From assembly GCA_964057225.1 (NCBI GenBank), contig OZ059898.1, positions 930,001 through 994,000 on the forward strand: a DNA stretch of 64,000 nucleotides, written 5' to 3'. The stretch's first letter is position 1, and every line of letters begins with the position of its first letter. A model generated the notes under the pieces. That model did no database searches and was not told the DNA's origin. It worked only from the letters and a program-made list of their open reading frames with translations. The position numbers and the translations under genes are program-made. The stretch is from Auanema rhodensis (lineage: Eukaryota; Animalia; Nematoda). Shown one piece after another: positions 11,301 through 25,265 of the stretch.

Positions 11301-14300
11301 ACTAATGCATCATTTTTCAAACGATCATAACTAATTTTTGTATTGAGCGTTTCTCAATGTAGTATAGTGCATTCGATGCGGATTTTTAAGCTGCGTCGAT
11401 CTGTGTTATCAGATTTGCGCTAGCTTAAAAATGCACCGAGATATCAACTGATATAAGTTCACACTTATATCCTCGATTTTCACCCTGAAGAATTAATTTT
11501 TTCGTTGAATAACATTGTCCATCGTCTTTGCCTTGAAAAAAGGAATCTAAAAACATCTACTTTTTGCTAAATTATCTTGAAATTTTTCGAAAAAATTTTT
11601 GTCAAAATGTTTTTGGAAGCAATGTTGAGTGTACATGGAAACTCAACATACACTAATGCATCATTTTTCAAACGATCATAACTAATTTTTGTATTAAGCG
11701 TTTCTCAATGTAGTATAGTGCATTCGATGCGGATTTTTAAGCTGCGTCGATCTGTGTTATCAGATTTGAGCTAGCTTAAAAATGCACCGAGATATCAACT
11801 GATATAAGTTCACACTTATATCCTCGATTTTCACCCTGAAGAATTAATTTTTTTGTTGAATAACATCGTCCATCGTCTTTGCCTTGAAAAAAGGAATCTA
11901 AAAACATCTACTTTTTGCTAAATTATCTTGAAATTTTTCGAAAAAATTTTTGTCAAAATGTTTTTGGAAGCAATGTTGAGTGTACATGGAAACTCAACAT
12001 ACACTAATGCATCATTTTTCAAACGATCATAACTAATTTTTGTATTAAGCGTTTCTCAATGTAGTATAGTGCATTCGATGCGGATTTTTAAGCTGCGTCG
12101 ATCTGTGTTATCAGATTTGCGCTAGCTTAAAAATGCACCGAGATATCAACTGATATAAGTTCACACTTATATCCTCGATTTTCACCCTGAAGAATTAATT
12201 TTTTCGTTGAATAACATTGTCCATCGTCTTTGCCTTGAAAAAAGGAATCTAAAAACATCTACTTTTTGCTAAATTATCTTGAAATTTTTCGAAAAAATTT
12301 TTGTCAAAATGTTTTTGGAAGCAATGTTGAGTGTACATGGAAACTCAACATACACTAATGCATCATTTTTCAAACGATCATAACTAATTTTTGTATTAAG
12401 CGTTTCTCAATGTAGTATAGTGCATTCGATGCGGATTTTTAAGCTGCGTCGATCTGTGTTATCAGATTTGCGCTAGCTTAAAAATGCACCGAGATATCAA
12501 CTGATATAAGTTCACACTTATATCCTCGATTTTCACCCTGAAGAATTAATTTTTTTGTTGAATAACATTGTCCATCGTCTTTGCCTTGAAAAAAGGAATC
12601 TAAAAACATCTACTTTTTGCTAAATTATTTTGAAATTTTTCGAAAAAATTTTTGTCAAAATGTTTTTGGAAGCAATGTTGAGTGTACATGGAAACTCAAC
12701 ATACACTAATGCATCATTTTTCAAACGATCATAACTAATTTTTGTAATAAGCGTTTCTCAATGTCGTATAGTGCATTCGATGCGGATTTTTAAGCTGCGT
12801 CGATCTGTGTTATCAGATTTGCGCTAGCTTAAAAATGCACCGAGATATCAACTGATATAAGTTCACACTTATATCCTCGATTTTCACCCTGAAGAATTAA
12901 TTTTTTCGTTGAATAACATTGTCCATCGTCTTTGCCTTGAAAAAAGGAATCTAAAAACATCTACTTTTTGCTAAATTATCTTGAAATTTTTCGAAAAAAT
13001 TTTTGTCAAAATGTTTTTGGAAGCAATGTTGAGTGTACATGGAAACTCAACATACACTAATGCATCATTTTTCAAACGATCATAACTAATTTTTGTATTA
13101 AGCGTTTCTCAATGTCGTATAGTGCATTCGATGCGGATTTTTAAGCTGCGTCGATCTGTGTTTTCAGATTTGCGCTAGCTTAAAAATGCACCGAGATATC
13201 AACTGATATAAGTTCACACTTATATCCTCGATTTTCACCCTGAAGAATTAATTTTTTTGTTGAATAACATTGTCCATCGTCTTTGCCTTGAAAAAAGGAA
13301 TCTAAAAACATCTACTTTTTGCTAAATTATTTTGAAATTTTTCGAAAAAATTTTTGTCAAAATGTTTTTGGAAGCAATGTTGAGTGTACATGGAAACTCA
13401 ACATACACTAATGCATCATTTTTCAAACGATCATAACTAATTTTTGTATTAAGCGTTTCTCAATGTCGTATAGTGCATTCGATGCGGATTTTTAAGCTGC
13501 GTCGATCTGTGTTATCAGATTTGCGCTAGCTTAAAAATGCACCGAGATATCAACTGATATAAGTTCACACTTATATCCTCGATTTTCACCCTGAAGAATT
13601 AATTTTTTCGTTGAATAACATTGTCCATCGTCTTTGCCTTGAAAAAAGGAATCTAAAAACATCTACTTTTTGCTAAATTATCTTGAAATTTTTCGAAAAA
13701 ATTTTTGTCAAAATGTTTTTGGAAGCAATGTTGAGTGTACATGGAAACTCAACATACACTAATGCATCATTTTTCAAACGATCATAACTAATTTTTGTAT
13801 TAAGCGTTTCTCAATGTAGTATAGTGCATTCGATGCGGATTTTTAAGCTGCGTCGATCTGTGTTATTAGATTTGCGCTAGCTTAAAAATGCACCGAGATA
13901 TCAACTGATATAAGTTCACACTTATATCCTCGATTTTCACCCTGAAGAATTAATTTTTTTGTTGAATAACATTGTCCATCGTCTTTGCCTTGAAAAAAGG
14001 AATCTAAAAACATCTACTTTTTGCTAAATTATTTTGAAATTTTTCGAAAAAATTTTTGTCAAAATGTTTTTGAAAGCAATGTTGAGTGTACATGGAAACT
14101 CAACATACACTAATGCATCATTTTTCAAACGATCATAACTAATTTTTGTATTAAGCGTTTCTCAATGTAGTATAGTGCATTCGATGCGGATTTTTAAGCT
14201 GCGTCGATCTGTGTTATCAGATTTGCGCTAGCTTAAAAATGCACCGAGATATCAACTGATATAAGTTCACACTTATATCCTCGATTTTCACCCTGAAGAA

Positions 14301-14301
14301 T
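8345..14301 (+). repeat. 9-monomer (3159-bp period) higher-order duplication
   Basis: Six rare SNPs are paired at +3159: 8610/11769, 8708/11867, 9588/12747, 10004/13163, 10708/13867, 10914/14073. Confidence 0.93.
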
Positions 14302-15845
14302 TAATTTTTTCGTTGAATAACATTGTCCATCGTCTTTGCCTTGAAAAATGGAATCTAAAAACATCTACTTTTTGCTAAATTATTTTGAAATTTTTTGAAA
14401 AAATTTTTGTCAAAATGTTTTTGGAAGCAATGTTGAGTGTACATGGTAACTCAACATACACTAATGCATCATTTTTCAAACGATCATAACTAATTTTTGT
14501 ATTAAGCGTTTCTCAATGTAGTATAGTGCATTCGATGCGGATTTTTAAGCTGCGTCGATCTGTGTTATCAAATTTGCGCTAGCTTAAAAATGCACCGAGA
14601 TATCGACTGATATAAGTTCACACTTATATCCTCGATTTTCACCCTGAAGAATTAATTTTTTTGTTGAATAACATTGTCCATCGTCTTTGCCTTGAAAAAA
14701 GGAATCTAAAAACATGTACTTTTTGCTAAATTATTTTGAAATTTTCCGAAAAAATTTTTGTCAAAATGTTTTTGGAAGCAATGTTGAGTGTACATAGAAA
14801 CTCAACATACACTAATGCATCATTTTTCAAACGATCATAACTAATTTTTGTATTAAGCGTTTTTCAATGTCGTATAGTGCATTCGATGCGGATTTTTAAG
14901 CTGCGTCGATCTGTGTTATCAGATTTGCGCTAGCTTAAAAATGCACCGAGATATCAACTGATATAAGTTCACACTTATATCCTCGATTTTCACCCTGAAG
15001 AATTAATTTTTTCGTTGAATAACATTGTCCATCGTCTTTGCCTTGAAAAAAGGAATCTAAAAACATCTACTTTTTGCTAAATTATCTTGAAATTTTTCGA
15101 AAAAATTTTTGTCAAAATGTTTTTGGAAGCAATGTTGAGTGTACATGGAAACTCAACATACACTAATGCATCATTTTTCAAACGATCATAACTAATTTTT
15201 GTATTAAGCGATTCTCAATGTAGTATAGTGCATTCGATGCGGATTTTTGAGCTGCGTCGTTCTGTGTTATCAGATTTGCGCTAGCTTAAAAATGCACCGA
15301 GATATCAACTGATATAAGTTCACACTTATATCCTCGATTTTCACCCTGAAGAATTAATTTTTTCGTTGAATAACATTGTCCATCGTCTTTGCCTTGAAAA
15401 ATGGAATCTAAAAACATCTACTTTTTGCTAAATTATTTCGAAATTTTTCGAAAAAATTTTTGTCAAAATGTTTTTGGAAGCAATGTTGAGTGTACATGGA
15501 AACTCAACATACACTAATGCATCATTTTTCAAACGATCATAACTAATTTTTGTATTAAGCGTTTCTCAATGTAGTATAGTGCATTCGATGCGGATTTTTA
15601 AGCTGCGTCGATCTGTGTTATCAGATTTGCGCTAGCTTAAAAATGCACCGAGATATCAACTGATATAAGTTCACACTTATATCCTCGATTTTCACCCTGA
15701 AGAATTAATTTTTTTGTTGAATAACATTGTCCATCGTCTTTGCCTTGAAAAAAGGAATCTAAACACATGTACTTTTTGCTAAATTATTTTGAAATTTTCC
15801 GAAAAAATTTTTGTCAAAATGTTTTTGGAAGCAATGTTGAGTGTA

Positions 15846-16500
15846 GATAGAAACTCAACATACACTAATGCATCATTTTTCAAACGAATATAACTAATTT
15901 TTGTATTAAGCGTTTCTCAATGTCGTATAGTGCATTCGATGCGGATTTTTAAGCTGCGTCGATCTGTGTTATCAGATTTGCGCTAGCTTAAAAATGCACC
16001 GAGATATCAACTGATATAAGTTCACACTTATATCCTCGATTTTCACCCTGAAGAATTAATTTTTTTGTTGAATAACATTGTCCATCGTCTTTGCCTTTAA
16101 AAAAGGAATCTAAAAACGTCTACTTTTTGCTAAATTATCTTGGAATTTTTCGAAAAAATTTTTGTCAAAATGTTTTTGGAAGCAATGTTGAGTGTAGATA
16201 GAAACTCAACATACACTAATGCATCATTTTTCAAACGAATATAACTAATTTTTGTATTAAGCGTTTCTCAATGTCGTATAGTGCATTCGATGCGGATTTT
16301 TAAGCTGCGTCGATCTGTGTTATCAGATTTGCGCTAGCTTAAAAATGCACCGAGATATCAACTGATATAAGTTCACACTTATATCCTCGATTTTCACCCT
16401 GAAGAATTAATTTTTTTGTTGAATAACATTGTCCATCGTCTTTGCCTTTAAAAAAGGAATCTAAAAACGTCTACTTTTTGCTAAATTATCTTGGAATTTT
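15846..16500 (+). repeat. Tandem duplication of one diverged monomer
   Basis: Private variants are paired at +351: 15846/16197, 15888-9/16239-40, 16098/16449, 16118/16469, 16143/16494. Confidence 0.9.
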
Positions 16501-17265
16501 TCGAAAAAATTTTTGTCAAAATGTTTTTGGAAGCAATGTTGAGTGTACATAGAAACTCAACATACACTAATGCATCATTTTTCAAACGATCATAACTAAT
16601 TTTTGTATTAAGCGTTTCTCAATGTAGTATAGTGCATTCGATGCGGATTTTTAAGCTGTGTCGATCTGTGTTATCAGATTTGCGCTAGCTTAAAAATGCA
16701 CCGAGATATCAACTGATATAAGTTCACACTTATATCCTCGATTTTCACCCTGAAGAATTAATTTTTTTGTTGAATAACATTGTCCATCGTCTTTGCCTTG
16801 AAAAAAGGAATCTAAAAACATCTACTTTTTGCTAAATTATCTTGAAATTTTTCGAAAAAATTTTTGTCAAAATGTTTTTGGAAGCAATGTTGAGTGTACA
16901 TGGAAACTCAACATACACTAATGCATCATTTTTCAAACGATCATAACTAATTTTTGTATTAAGCGTTTCTCAATGTCGTATAGTGCATTCGATGCGGATT
17001 TTTAAGCTGCGTCGATCTGTGTTATCAGATTTGCGCTAGCTTAAAAATGCACCGAGATATCAACTGATATAAGTTCACACTTATATCCTCGATTTTCACC
17101 CTGAAGAATTAATTTTTTCGTTGAATAACATTGTCCATCGTCTTTGCCTTGAAAAAAGGAATCTAAAAACATCTACTTTTTGCTAAATTATTTTGAAATT
17201 TTTCGAAAAAATTTTTGTCAAAATGTTTTTGGAAGCAATGTTGAGTGTACATGGAAACTCAACAT

Positions 17266-20200
17266 ACACTAATGCATCATTTTTCAAACGATCATAACTA
17301 ATTTTTGTATTAAGCGTTTCTCAATGTAGTATAGTGCATTCGATGCGGATTTTTAAGCTGCGTCGATCTGTGTTATCAGATTTGCGCTAGCTTAAAAATG
17401 CACCGAGATATCAACTGATATAAGTTCACACTTATATCCTCGATTTTCACCCTGAAGAATTAATTTTTTTGTTGAATAACATTGTCCATCGTCTTTGCCT
17501 TGAAAAAAGGAATCTAAAAACATGTACTTTTTGCTAAATTATTTTGAAATTTTCCGAAAAAATTTTTGTCAAAATGTTTTTGGAAGCAATGTTGAGTGTA
17601 CATAGAAACTCAACATACACTAATGCATCATTTTTCAAACGATCATAACTAATTTTTGTATTAAGCGTTTCTCAATGTCGTATAGTGCATTCGATGCGGA
17701 TTTTTAAGCTATCCTCGATTTTCACCCTGAAGAATTAATTTTTTCGTTGAATAACATTGTCCATCGTGTTTGCCTTGAAAAAAGGAATCTAAAAACATCT
17801 ACTTTTTGCTAAATTATTTCGAAATTTTTCGAAAAAATTTTTGTCAAAATGTTTTTGGAAGCAATGTTGAGTGTACAAGGAAACTCAACATACACTAATG
17901 CATCATTTTTCAAACGATCATAACTAATTTTTGTATTAAGCGTTTCTCAATGTAGTATAGTGCATTCGATGCGGATTTTTAAGCTGCGTCGATCTGTGTT
18001 ATCAGATTTGCGCTAGCTTAAAAATGCACCGAGATATCAACTGATATAAGTTCACACTTATATCCTCGATTTTCACCCTGAAGAATTAATTTTTTCGTTG
18101 AATAACATTGTCCATCGTCTTTGCCTTGAAAAAAGGAATCTAAAAACATCTACTTTTTGCCAAATTATTTTGAAATTTTTCGAAAAAATTTTTGTCAAAA
18201 TGTTTTTGGAAGCAATGTTGAGTGTACATGGAAACTCAACATACACTAATGCATCATTTTTCAAACGATCATAACTAATTTTTGTATTAAGCGTTTCTCA
18301 ATGTAGTATAGTGCATTCGATGCGGATTTTTAAGCTGCGTCGATCTGTGTTATCAGATTTGCGCTAGCTTAAAAATGCACCGAGATATCAACTGATATAA
18401 GTTCACACTTATATCCTCGATTTTCACCCTGAAGAATTAATTTTTTTGTTGAATAACATTGTCCATCGTCTTTGCCTTAAAAAAAGGAATCTAAAAACAT
18501 GTACTTTTTGCTAAATTATTTTGAAATTTTCCGAAAAAATTTTTGTCAAAATGTTTTTGGAAGCAATGTTGAGTGTACATAGAAACTCAACATACACTAA
18601 TGCATCATTTTTCAAACGATCATAACTAATTTTTGTATTAAGCGTTTCTCAATGTAGTATAGTGCATTCGATGCGGATTTTTAAGCTGCGTCGATCTGTG
18701 TTATCAGATTTGCGCTAGCTTAAAAATGCACCGAGATATCAACTGATATAAGTTCACACTTATATCCTCGATTTTCACCCTGAAGAATTAATTTTTTTGT
18801 TGAATAACATTGTCCATCGTCTTTGCCTTGAAAAAAGGAATCTAAAAACATGTACTTTTTGCTAAATTATTTTGAAATTTTCCGAAAAAATTTTTGTCAA
18901 AATGTTTTTGGAAGCAATGTTGAGTGTACATAGAAACTCAACATACACTAATGCATCATTTTTCAAACGATCATAACTAATTTTTGTATTGAGCGTTTCT
19001 CAATGTCGTATAGTGCATTCGATGCGGATTTTTAAGCTATCCTCGATTTTCACCCTGAAGAATTAATTTTTTCGTTGAATAACATTGTCCATCGTCTTTG
19101 CCTTGAAAAAAGGAATCTAAAAACATCTACTTTTTGCTAAATTATTTCGAAATTTTTCGAAAAAATTTTTGTCAAAATGTTTTTGGAAGCAATGTTGAGT
19201 GTACAAGGAAACTCAACATACACTAATGCATCATTTTTCAAACGATCATAACTAATTTTTGTATTAAGCGTTTCTCAATGTAGTATAGTGCATTCGATGC
19301 GGATTTTTAAGCTGCGTCGATCTGTGTTATCAGATTTGCGCTAGCTTAAAAATGCACCGAGATATCAACTGATATAAGTTCACACTTATATCCTCGATTT
19401 TCACCCTGAAGAATTAATTTTTTTGTTGAATAACATTGTCCATCGTCTTTGCCTTGAAAAAAGGAATCTAAAAACATGTACTTTTTGCTAAATTATTTTG
19501 AAATTTTCCGAAAAAATTTTTGTCAAAATGTTTTTGGAAGCAATGTTGAGTGTACATAGAAACTCAACATACACTAATGCATCATTTTTCAAACGATCAT
19601 AACTAATTTTTGTATTGAGCGTTTCTCAATGTCGTATAGTGCATTCGATGCGGATTTTTAAGCTATCCTCGATTTTCACCCTGAAGAATTAATTTTTTCG
19701 TTGAATAACATTGTCCATCGTCTTTGCCTTGAAAAAAGGAATCTAAAAACATCTACTTTTTGCTAAATTATTTCGAAATTTTTCGAAAAAATTTTTGTCA
19801 AAATGTTTTTGGAAGCAATGTTGAGTGTACAAGGAAACTCAACATACACTAATGCATCATTTTTCAAACGATCATAACTAATTTTTGTATTAAGCGTTTC
19901 TCAATGTAGTATAGTGCATTCGATGCGGATTTATAAGCTGCGTCGATCTGTGTTATCAGATTTGCGCTAGCTTAAAAATGCACCGAGATATCAACTGATA
20001 TAAGTTCACACTTATATCCTCGATTTTCACCCTGAAGAATTAATTTTTTCGTTGAATAACATTGTCCATCGTCTTTGCCTTGAAAAAAGGAATCTAAAAA
20101 CATCTACTTTTTGCCAAATTATTTTGAAATTTTTCGAAAAAATTTTTGTCAAAATGTTTTTGGAAGCAATGTTGAGTGTACATGGAAACTCAACATACAC

Positions 20201-23200
20201 TAATGCATCATTTTTCAAACGATCATAACTAATTTTTGTATTAAGCGTTTCTCAATGTAGTATAGTGCATTCGATGCGGATTTATAAGCTGCGTCGATCT
20301 GTGTTATCAGATTTGCGCTAGCTTAAAAATGCACCGAGATATCAACTGATATAAGTTCACACTTATATCCTCGATTTTCACCCTGAAGAATTAATTTTTT
20401 CGTTGAATAACATTGTCCATCGTCTTTGCCTTGAAAAAAGGAATCTAAAAACATCTACTTTTTGCCAAATTATTTTGAAATTTTTCGAAAAAATTTTTGT
20501 CAAAATGTTTTTGGAAGCAATGTTGAGTGTACATGGAAACTCAACATACACTAATGCATCATTTTTCGAACGATCATAACTAATTTTTGTATTAAGCGTT
20601 TCTCAATGTAGTATAGTGCATTCGATGCGGATTTTTAAGCTGCGTCGATCTGTGTTATCAGATTTGCGCTAGCTTAAAAATGCACCGAGATATCAACTGA
20701 TATAAGTTCACACTTATATCCTCGATTTTCACCCTGAAGAATTAATTTTTTTGTTGAATAACATTGTCCATCGTCTTTGCCTTGAAAAAAGGAATCTAAA
20801 AACATGTACTTTTTGCTAAATTATTTTGAAATTTTCCGAAAAAATTTTTGTCAAAATGTTTTTGGAAGCAATGTTGAGTGTACATAGAAACTCAACATAC
20901 ACTAATGCATCATTTTTCAAACGATCATAACTAATTTTTGTATTAAGCGTTTCTCAATGTAGTATAGTGCATTCGATGCGGATTTTTAAGCTGCGTCGAT
21001 CTGTGTTATCAGATTTGCGCTAGCTTAAAAATGCACCGAGATATCAACTGATATAAGTTCACACTTATATCCTCGATTTTCACCCTGAAGAATTAATTTT
21101 TTTGTTGAATAACATTGTCCATCGTCTTTGCCTTGAAAAAAGGAATCTAAAAACATGTACTTTTTGCTAAATTATTTTGAAATTTTCCGAAAAAATTTTT
21201 GTCAAAATGTTTTTGGAAGCAATGTTGAGTGTACATAGAAACTCAACATACACTAATGCATCATTTTTCAAACGATCATAACTAATTTTTGTATTGAGCG
21301 TTTCTCAATGTCGTATAGTGCATTCGATGCGGATTTTTAAGCTATCCTCGATTTTCACCCTGAAGAATTAATTTTTTCGTTGAATAACATTGTCCATCGT
21401 CTTTGCCTTGAAAAAAGGAATCTAAAAACATCTACTTTTTGCTAAATTATTTCGAAATTTTTCGAAAAAATTTTTGTCAAAATGTTTTTGGAAGCAATGT
21501 TGAGTGTACAAGGAAACTCAACATACACTAATGCATCATTTTTCAAACGATCATAACTAATTTTTGTATTGAGCGTTTCTCAATGTCGTATAGTGCATTC
21601 GATGCGGATTTTTAAGCTATCCTCGATTTTCACCCTGAAGAATTAATTTTTTCGTTGAATAACATTGTCCATCGTCTTTGCCTTGAAAAAAGGAATCTAA
21701 AAACATGTACTTTTTGCTAAATTATTTTGAAATTTTCCGAAAAAATTTTTGTCAAAATGTTTTTGGAAGCAATGTTGAGTGTACATAGAAACTCAACATA
21801 CACTAATGCATCATTTTTCAAACGATCATAACTAATTTTTGTATTAAGCGTTTCTCAATGTAGTATAGTGCATTCGATGCGGATTTTTAAGCTGTGTCGA
21901 TCTGTGTTATCAGATTTGCGCTAGCTTAAAAATGCACCGAGATATCAACTGATATAAGTTCACACTTATATCCTCGATTTTCACCCTGAAGAATTAATTT
22001 TTTCGTTGAATAACATTGTCCATCGTCTTTGCCTTGAAAAAAGGAATCTAAAAACATCTACTTTTTGCTAAATTATCTTGAAATTTTTCGAAAAAATTTT
22101 TGTCAAAATGTTTTTGGAAGCAATGTTGAGTGTACATGGAAACTCAACATACACTAATGCATCATTTTTCAAACGATCATAACTAATTTTTGTATTAAGC
22201 GTTTCTCAATGTAGTATAGTGCATTCGATGCGGATTTTTAAGCTGCGTCGATCTGTGTTATCAGATTTGCGCTAGCTTAAAAATGCACCGAGATATCAAC
22301 TGATATAAGTTCACACTTATATCCTCGATTTTCACCCTGAAGAATTAATTTTTTTGTTGAATAACATTGTCCATCGTCTTTGCCTTGAAAAAAGGAATCT
22401 AAAAACATGTACTTTTTGCTAAATTATTTTGAAATTTTCCGAAAAAATTTTTGTCAAAATGTTTTTGGAAGCAATGTTGAGTGTACATAGAAACTCAACA
22501 TACACTAATGCATCATTTTTCAAACGATCATAACTAATTTTTGTATTAAGCGTTTCTCAATGTCGTATAGTGCATTCGATGCGGATTTTTAAGCTATCCT
22601 CGATTTTCACCCTGAAGAATTAATTTTTTCGTTGAATAACATTGTCCATCGTCTTTGCCTTGAAAAAAGGAATCTAAAAACATCTACTTTTTGCTAAATT
22701 ATTTCGAAATTTTTCGAAAAAATTTTTGTCAAAATGTTTTTGGAAACAATGTTGAGTGTACAAGGAAACTCAACATACACTAATGCATCATTTTTCAAAC
22801 GATCATAACTAATTTTTGTATTAAGCGTTTCTCAATGTCGTATAGTGCATTCGATGCGGATTTTTAAGCTGCGTCGATCTGTGTTATCAGATTTGCGCTA
22901 GCTTAAAAATGCACCGAGATATCAACTGATATAAGTTCACACTTATATCCTCGATTTTCACCCTGAAGAATTAATTTTTTCGTTGAATAACATTGTCCAT
23001 CGTCTTTGCCTTGAAAAAAGGAATCTAAAAACATTTACTTTTTGCCAAATTATTTTGAAATTTTTCGAAAAAATTTTTGTCAAAATGTTTTTGGAAGCAA
23101 TGTTGAGTGTACATGGAAACTCAACATACACTAATGCATCATTTTTCAAACGATCATAACTAATTTTTGTATTAAGCGTTTCTCAATGTAGTATAGTGCA

Positions 23201-25265
23201 TTCGATGCGGATTTTTAAGCTGCGTCGATCTGTGTTATCAGATTTGCGCTAGCTTAAAAATGCACCGAGATATCAACTGATATAAGTTCACACTTATATC
23301 CTCGATTTTCACCCTGAAGAATTAATTTTTTTGTTGAATAACATTGTCCATCGTCTTTGCCTTGAAAAAAGGAATCTAAAAACATGTACTTTTTGCTAAA
23401 TTATTTTGAAATTTTCCGAAAAAATTTTTGTCAAAATGTTTTTGGAAGCAATGTTGAGTGTACATAGAAACTCAACATACACTAATGCATCATTTTTCAA
23501 ACGATCATAACTAATTTTTGTATTAAGCGTTTCTCAATGTAGTATAGTGCATTCGATGCGGATTTTTAAGCTGTGTCGATCTGTGTTATCAGATTTGCGC
23601 TAGCTTAAAAATGCACCGAGATATCAACTGATATAAGTTCACACTTATATCCTCGATTTTCACCCTGAAGAATTAATTTTTTCGTTGAATAACATTGTCC
23701 ATCGTCTTTGCCTTGAAAAAAGGAATCTAAAAACATCTACTTTTTGCTAAATTATCTTGAAATTTTTCGAAAAAATTTTTGTCAAAATGTTTTTGGAAGC
23801 AATGTTGAGTGTACATGGAAACTCAACATACACTAATGCATCATTTTTCAAACGATCATAACTAATTTTTGTATTAAGCGTTTCTCAATGTCGTATAGTG
23901 CATTCGATGCGGATTTTTAAGCTGCGTCGATCTGTGTTATCAGATTTGCGCTAGCTTAAAAATGCACCGAGATATCAACTGATATAAGTTCACACTTATA
24001 TCCTCGATTTTCACCCTGAAGAATTAATTTTTTCGTTGAATAACATTGTCCATCGTCTTTGCCTTGAAAAAAGGAATCTAAAAACATCTACTTTTTGCTA
24101 AATTATTTTGAAATTTTTCGAAAAAATTTTTGTCAAAATGTTTTTGGAAGCAATGTTGAGTGTACATGGAAACTCAACATACACTAATGCATCATTTTTC
24201 AAACGATCATAACTAATTTTTGTATTAAGCGTTTCTCAATGTAGTATAGTGCATTCGATTCGGATTTTTAAGCTGCGTCGATCTGTGTTATCAGATTTGC
24301 GCTAGCTTAAAAATGCACCGAGATATCAACTGATATAAGTTCACACTTATATCCTCGATTTTCACCCTGAAGAATTAATTTTTTCGTTGAATAACATTGT
24401 CCATCGTCTTTGCCTTGAAAAAAGGAATCTAAAAACATGTACTTTTTGCTAAATTATTTTGAAATTTTCCGAAAAAATTTTTGTCAAAATGTTTTTGGAA
24501 GCAATGTTGAGTGTACATAGAAACTCAACATACACTAATGCATCATTTTTCAAACGATCATAACTAATTTTTGTATTAAGCGTTTCTCAATGTCGTATAG
24601 TGCATTCGATGCGGATTTTTAAGCTATCCTCGATTTTCACCACTAATGCATCATTTTTCAAACGATCATAACTAATTTTTGTATTAAGCGTTTCTCAATG
24701 TCGTATAGTGCATTCGATGCGGATTTTTAAGCTATCCTCGATTTTCACCCTGAAGAATTAATTTTTTCGTTGAATAACATTGTCCATCGTCTTTGCCTTG
24801 AAAAAAGGAATCTAAAAACATCTACTTTTTGCTAAATTATTTCGAAATTTTTCGAAAAAATTTTTGTCAAAATGTTTTTGGAAGCAATGTTGAGTGTACA
24901 AGGAAACTCAACATACACTAATGCATCATTTTTCAAACGATCATAACTAATTTTTGTATTAAGCGTTTCTCAATGTAGTATAGTGCATTCGATGCGGATT
25001 TTTAAGCTGCGTCGATCTGTGTTATCAGATTTGCGCTAGCTTAAAAATGCACCGAGATATCAACTGATATAAGTTCACACTTATATCCTCGATTTTCACC
25101 CTGAAGAATTAATTTTTTCGTTGAATAACATTGTCCATCGTCTTTGCCTTGAAAAAAGGAATCTAAAAACATCTACTTTTTGCCAAATTATTTTGAAATT
25201 TTTCGAAAAAATTTTTGTCAAAATGTTTTTGGAAGCAATGTTGAGTGTACATGGAAACTCAACAT
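17266..25265 (+). repeat. Domain 3: second cluster of 275-bp monomers (7 copies plus one 108-bp unit) built around a 977-bp trimer
   Basis: Deletion junction in units starting 17617, 18945, 19571, 21250, 21525, 22502, 24532 (108 bp) and 24640. None occurs after 24915. Confidence 0.93.
24532..24640 (+). repeat. Unique 108-bp truncated unit
   Basis: The sequence reads GATTTTCAC|CACTAATGC at 24640/24641, joining monomer position 185 to position 2. Confidence 0.93.
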
